This document shows, piece by piece, positions 59,328-64,000 of a stretch of 64,000 nt of DNA; position 1 is the first letter of the stretch; each line of letters begins with the position of its first letter. The notes below the pieces were generated by a model, which worked only from the letters and a program-made list of their open reading frames with translations, had not been told where the DNA came from and did no database searches. The position numbers and the translations under genes are program-made. The stretch lies in the NCBI GenBank assembly GCA_039932175.1, contig JBDTQM010000002.1, forward strand, positions 136-64,135, given 5' to 3'. This DNA comes from Specibacter sp. (lineage in GTDB: Bacteria > Actinomycetota > Actinomycetes > Actinomycetales > Micrococcaceae).

Positions 59328-60320
59328 TTAACGCCGGAAGGTGCTGCGACCTCCCAGCCCGGGCAGCGCAAGTTTCGCCTGGGCCGCGGAGTACTGCGAA
59401 ACGGCCGGACGGCGTCGTTGGCCCAGGCGGTAGATGAGCAGGACAGCCGCGGAGGAGACAATGATGCCGGAAACGTTGAGCAGCAGCTGCAGGGCGGATC
59501 CGGCTGCACGGTCGGGCAGGCCCAGCACCAACGCCACGGCAACATAGCCTGCGGCCGGAACCGTTGTCACGGAAATGAACACGCCCACCAGCACCGCTGA
59601 TTTGCGCCCAATCATCGACAACATGCCGGCGGCACCGGCCAGCACCGCCACAATGAAGGAATACCAGCCGGGGTGGTAGATGAACTCGGTTGAACTGGAG
59701 CCGCTGAGCACTGTGGCGGGGTCAAAGAGCCCCATGGCGACGAAGGCGGCGGCGGCCACAGTTGCGACGAGCATGGCGAGAGGGAACCCGACCACCAGGG
59801 CCAGGGCCGCGCGTCGGGCAAGTTTCCAACGCCTGTCCACGAGCGCCAGGGCAAGACCGGCCAAGGCCCCGAACTCCGGGCCCACCACCATGGCTCCCAC
59901 AATGGCGATGGTGGAATCGGTGACAATGCCCGCCAACTGGACTGCGATGATCATGAAGGCCAAGTAGCTCCAGGTCAGTTTGGACTCCTCGCTGGTGTTT
60001 TTCTCCACCTCAGCCCAAATGATGGCGTCCGCCTCGTCCCCGGGAACGGCTTTGTCCGCCAGCTCAAGGCGTTGCGAGATCACCAGCTCGGGGGTGGCGA
60101 TGGTGACCGAACCAACGCTGGCGATGTGAAGCTTGTGGAGTTTCTCCAACAGTCCTTCAACGGATTCCCGCACGGCCTGCACGGTGATGACGTCGCCGGC
60201 CGGAACTATTGAGGCGCCCCGGACACGGGAAACCTCCGAAACGCCGGCATGGTAGGAGGCAAGGTCCACCACCTGATCCGAAAGATCGGCCGGAACAACA
60301 ATACGAATGTGCAGTGCCAT
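59328..60320 (-). CDS. DUF389 family membrane protein
   Basis: DSTIAIVGAMVVGPEFG, AVLAGAAG, LVGVFISVTTVPAA, LLLNVSGI; ATG 60320. Confidence 0.85.
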   Translation of the reverse strand: MALHIRIVVPADLSDQVVDLASYHAGVSEVSRVRGASIVPAGDVITVQAVRESVEGLLEKLHKLHIASVGSVTIATPELVISQRLELADKAVPGDEADAIIWAEVEKNTSEESKLTWSYLAFMIIAVQLAGIVTDSTIAIVGAMVVGPEFGALAGLALALVDRRWKLARRAALALVVGFPLAMLVATVAAAAFVAMGLFDPATVLSGSSSTEFIYHPGWYSFIVAVLAGAAGMLSMIGRKSAVLVGVFISVTTVPAAGYVAVALVLGLPDRAAGSALQLLLNVSGIIVSSAAVLLIYRLGQRRRPAVSQYSAAQAKLALPGLGGRSTFRR

Positions 60321-60487
60321 CTGCTGCTCCCTGTGGGGCCGATGTTGATCGGAACACAACTACAGGGCCCGCACGCGGCTTGTGACCTGATTCACCAAAG
60401 GTGAGTCCTGGTTCCGCTGCCCGTAAGGTCTTAAATGAAACTCGATCCGCTGGGGGCGGTGCAACTGACTCACTGAGGTGCCACTGA

Positions 60488-64000
<3,513 letters not shown>

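Noticed and set aside
59930-59945. Possible 2-codon deletion in DUF389 (QLA-GIVTDS)
   Set aside because: It is in frame and cannot be confirmed without an alignment.

Overview
High-GC actinobacterial chromosome segment, most like Arthrobacter/Micrococcaceae (inferred from gene order and protein sequences). It carries the conserved backbone rpoA-rplQ-truA-rplM-rpsI-glmM-coaA-glmS-acpS-nnr ... alr-tsaE-tsaB-rimI-tsaD ... groES-groEL1 ... guaB. Accessory blocks include a decayed glgX, ino1 and mshA (mycothiol pathway), an alpha-galactoside ABC/GH36/ROK locus, a subtilase facing an SSI-like inhibitor lipoprotein, an ArsR-SRPBCC/MDMPI-YciI operon, a PAP2-DedA-two-component operon, a lacZ remnant, a GntR-controlled amidohydrolase/cyclodeaminase/DUF3100 cluster, an IdeR-boxed siderophore ABC importer and an O-acyltransferase. 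The most striking unexplained structure is at 16571-17836. There an AbiEi-like/DUF559 nuclease-domain gene is bracketed by perfect 53-bp inverted repeats built from an 18-bp unit on a strict 32-bp period. A gene-less 92-bp copy of the same unit and period sits at 48908-48999. Together they resemble a REP/REPIN-type autonomous plus non-autonomous element pair, but with no recognisable RAYT or DDE transposase. No rRNA, tRNA or CRISPR array was seen.
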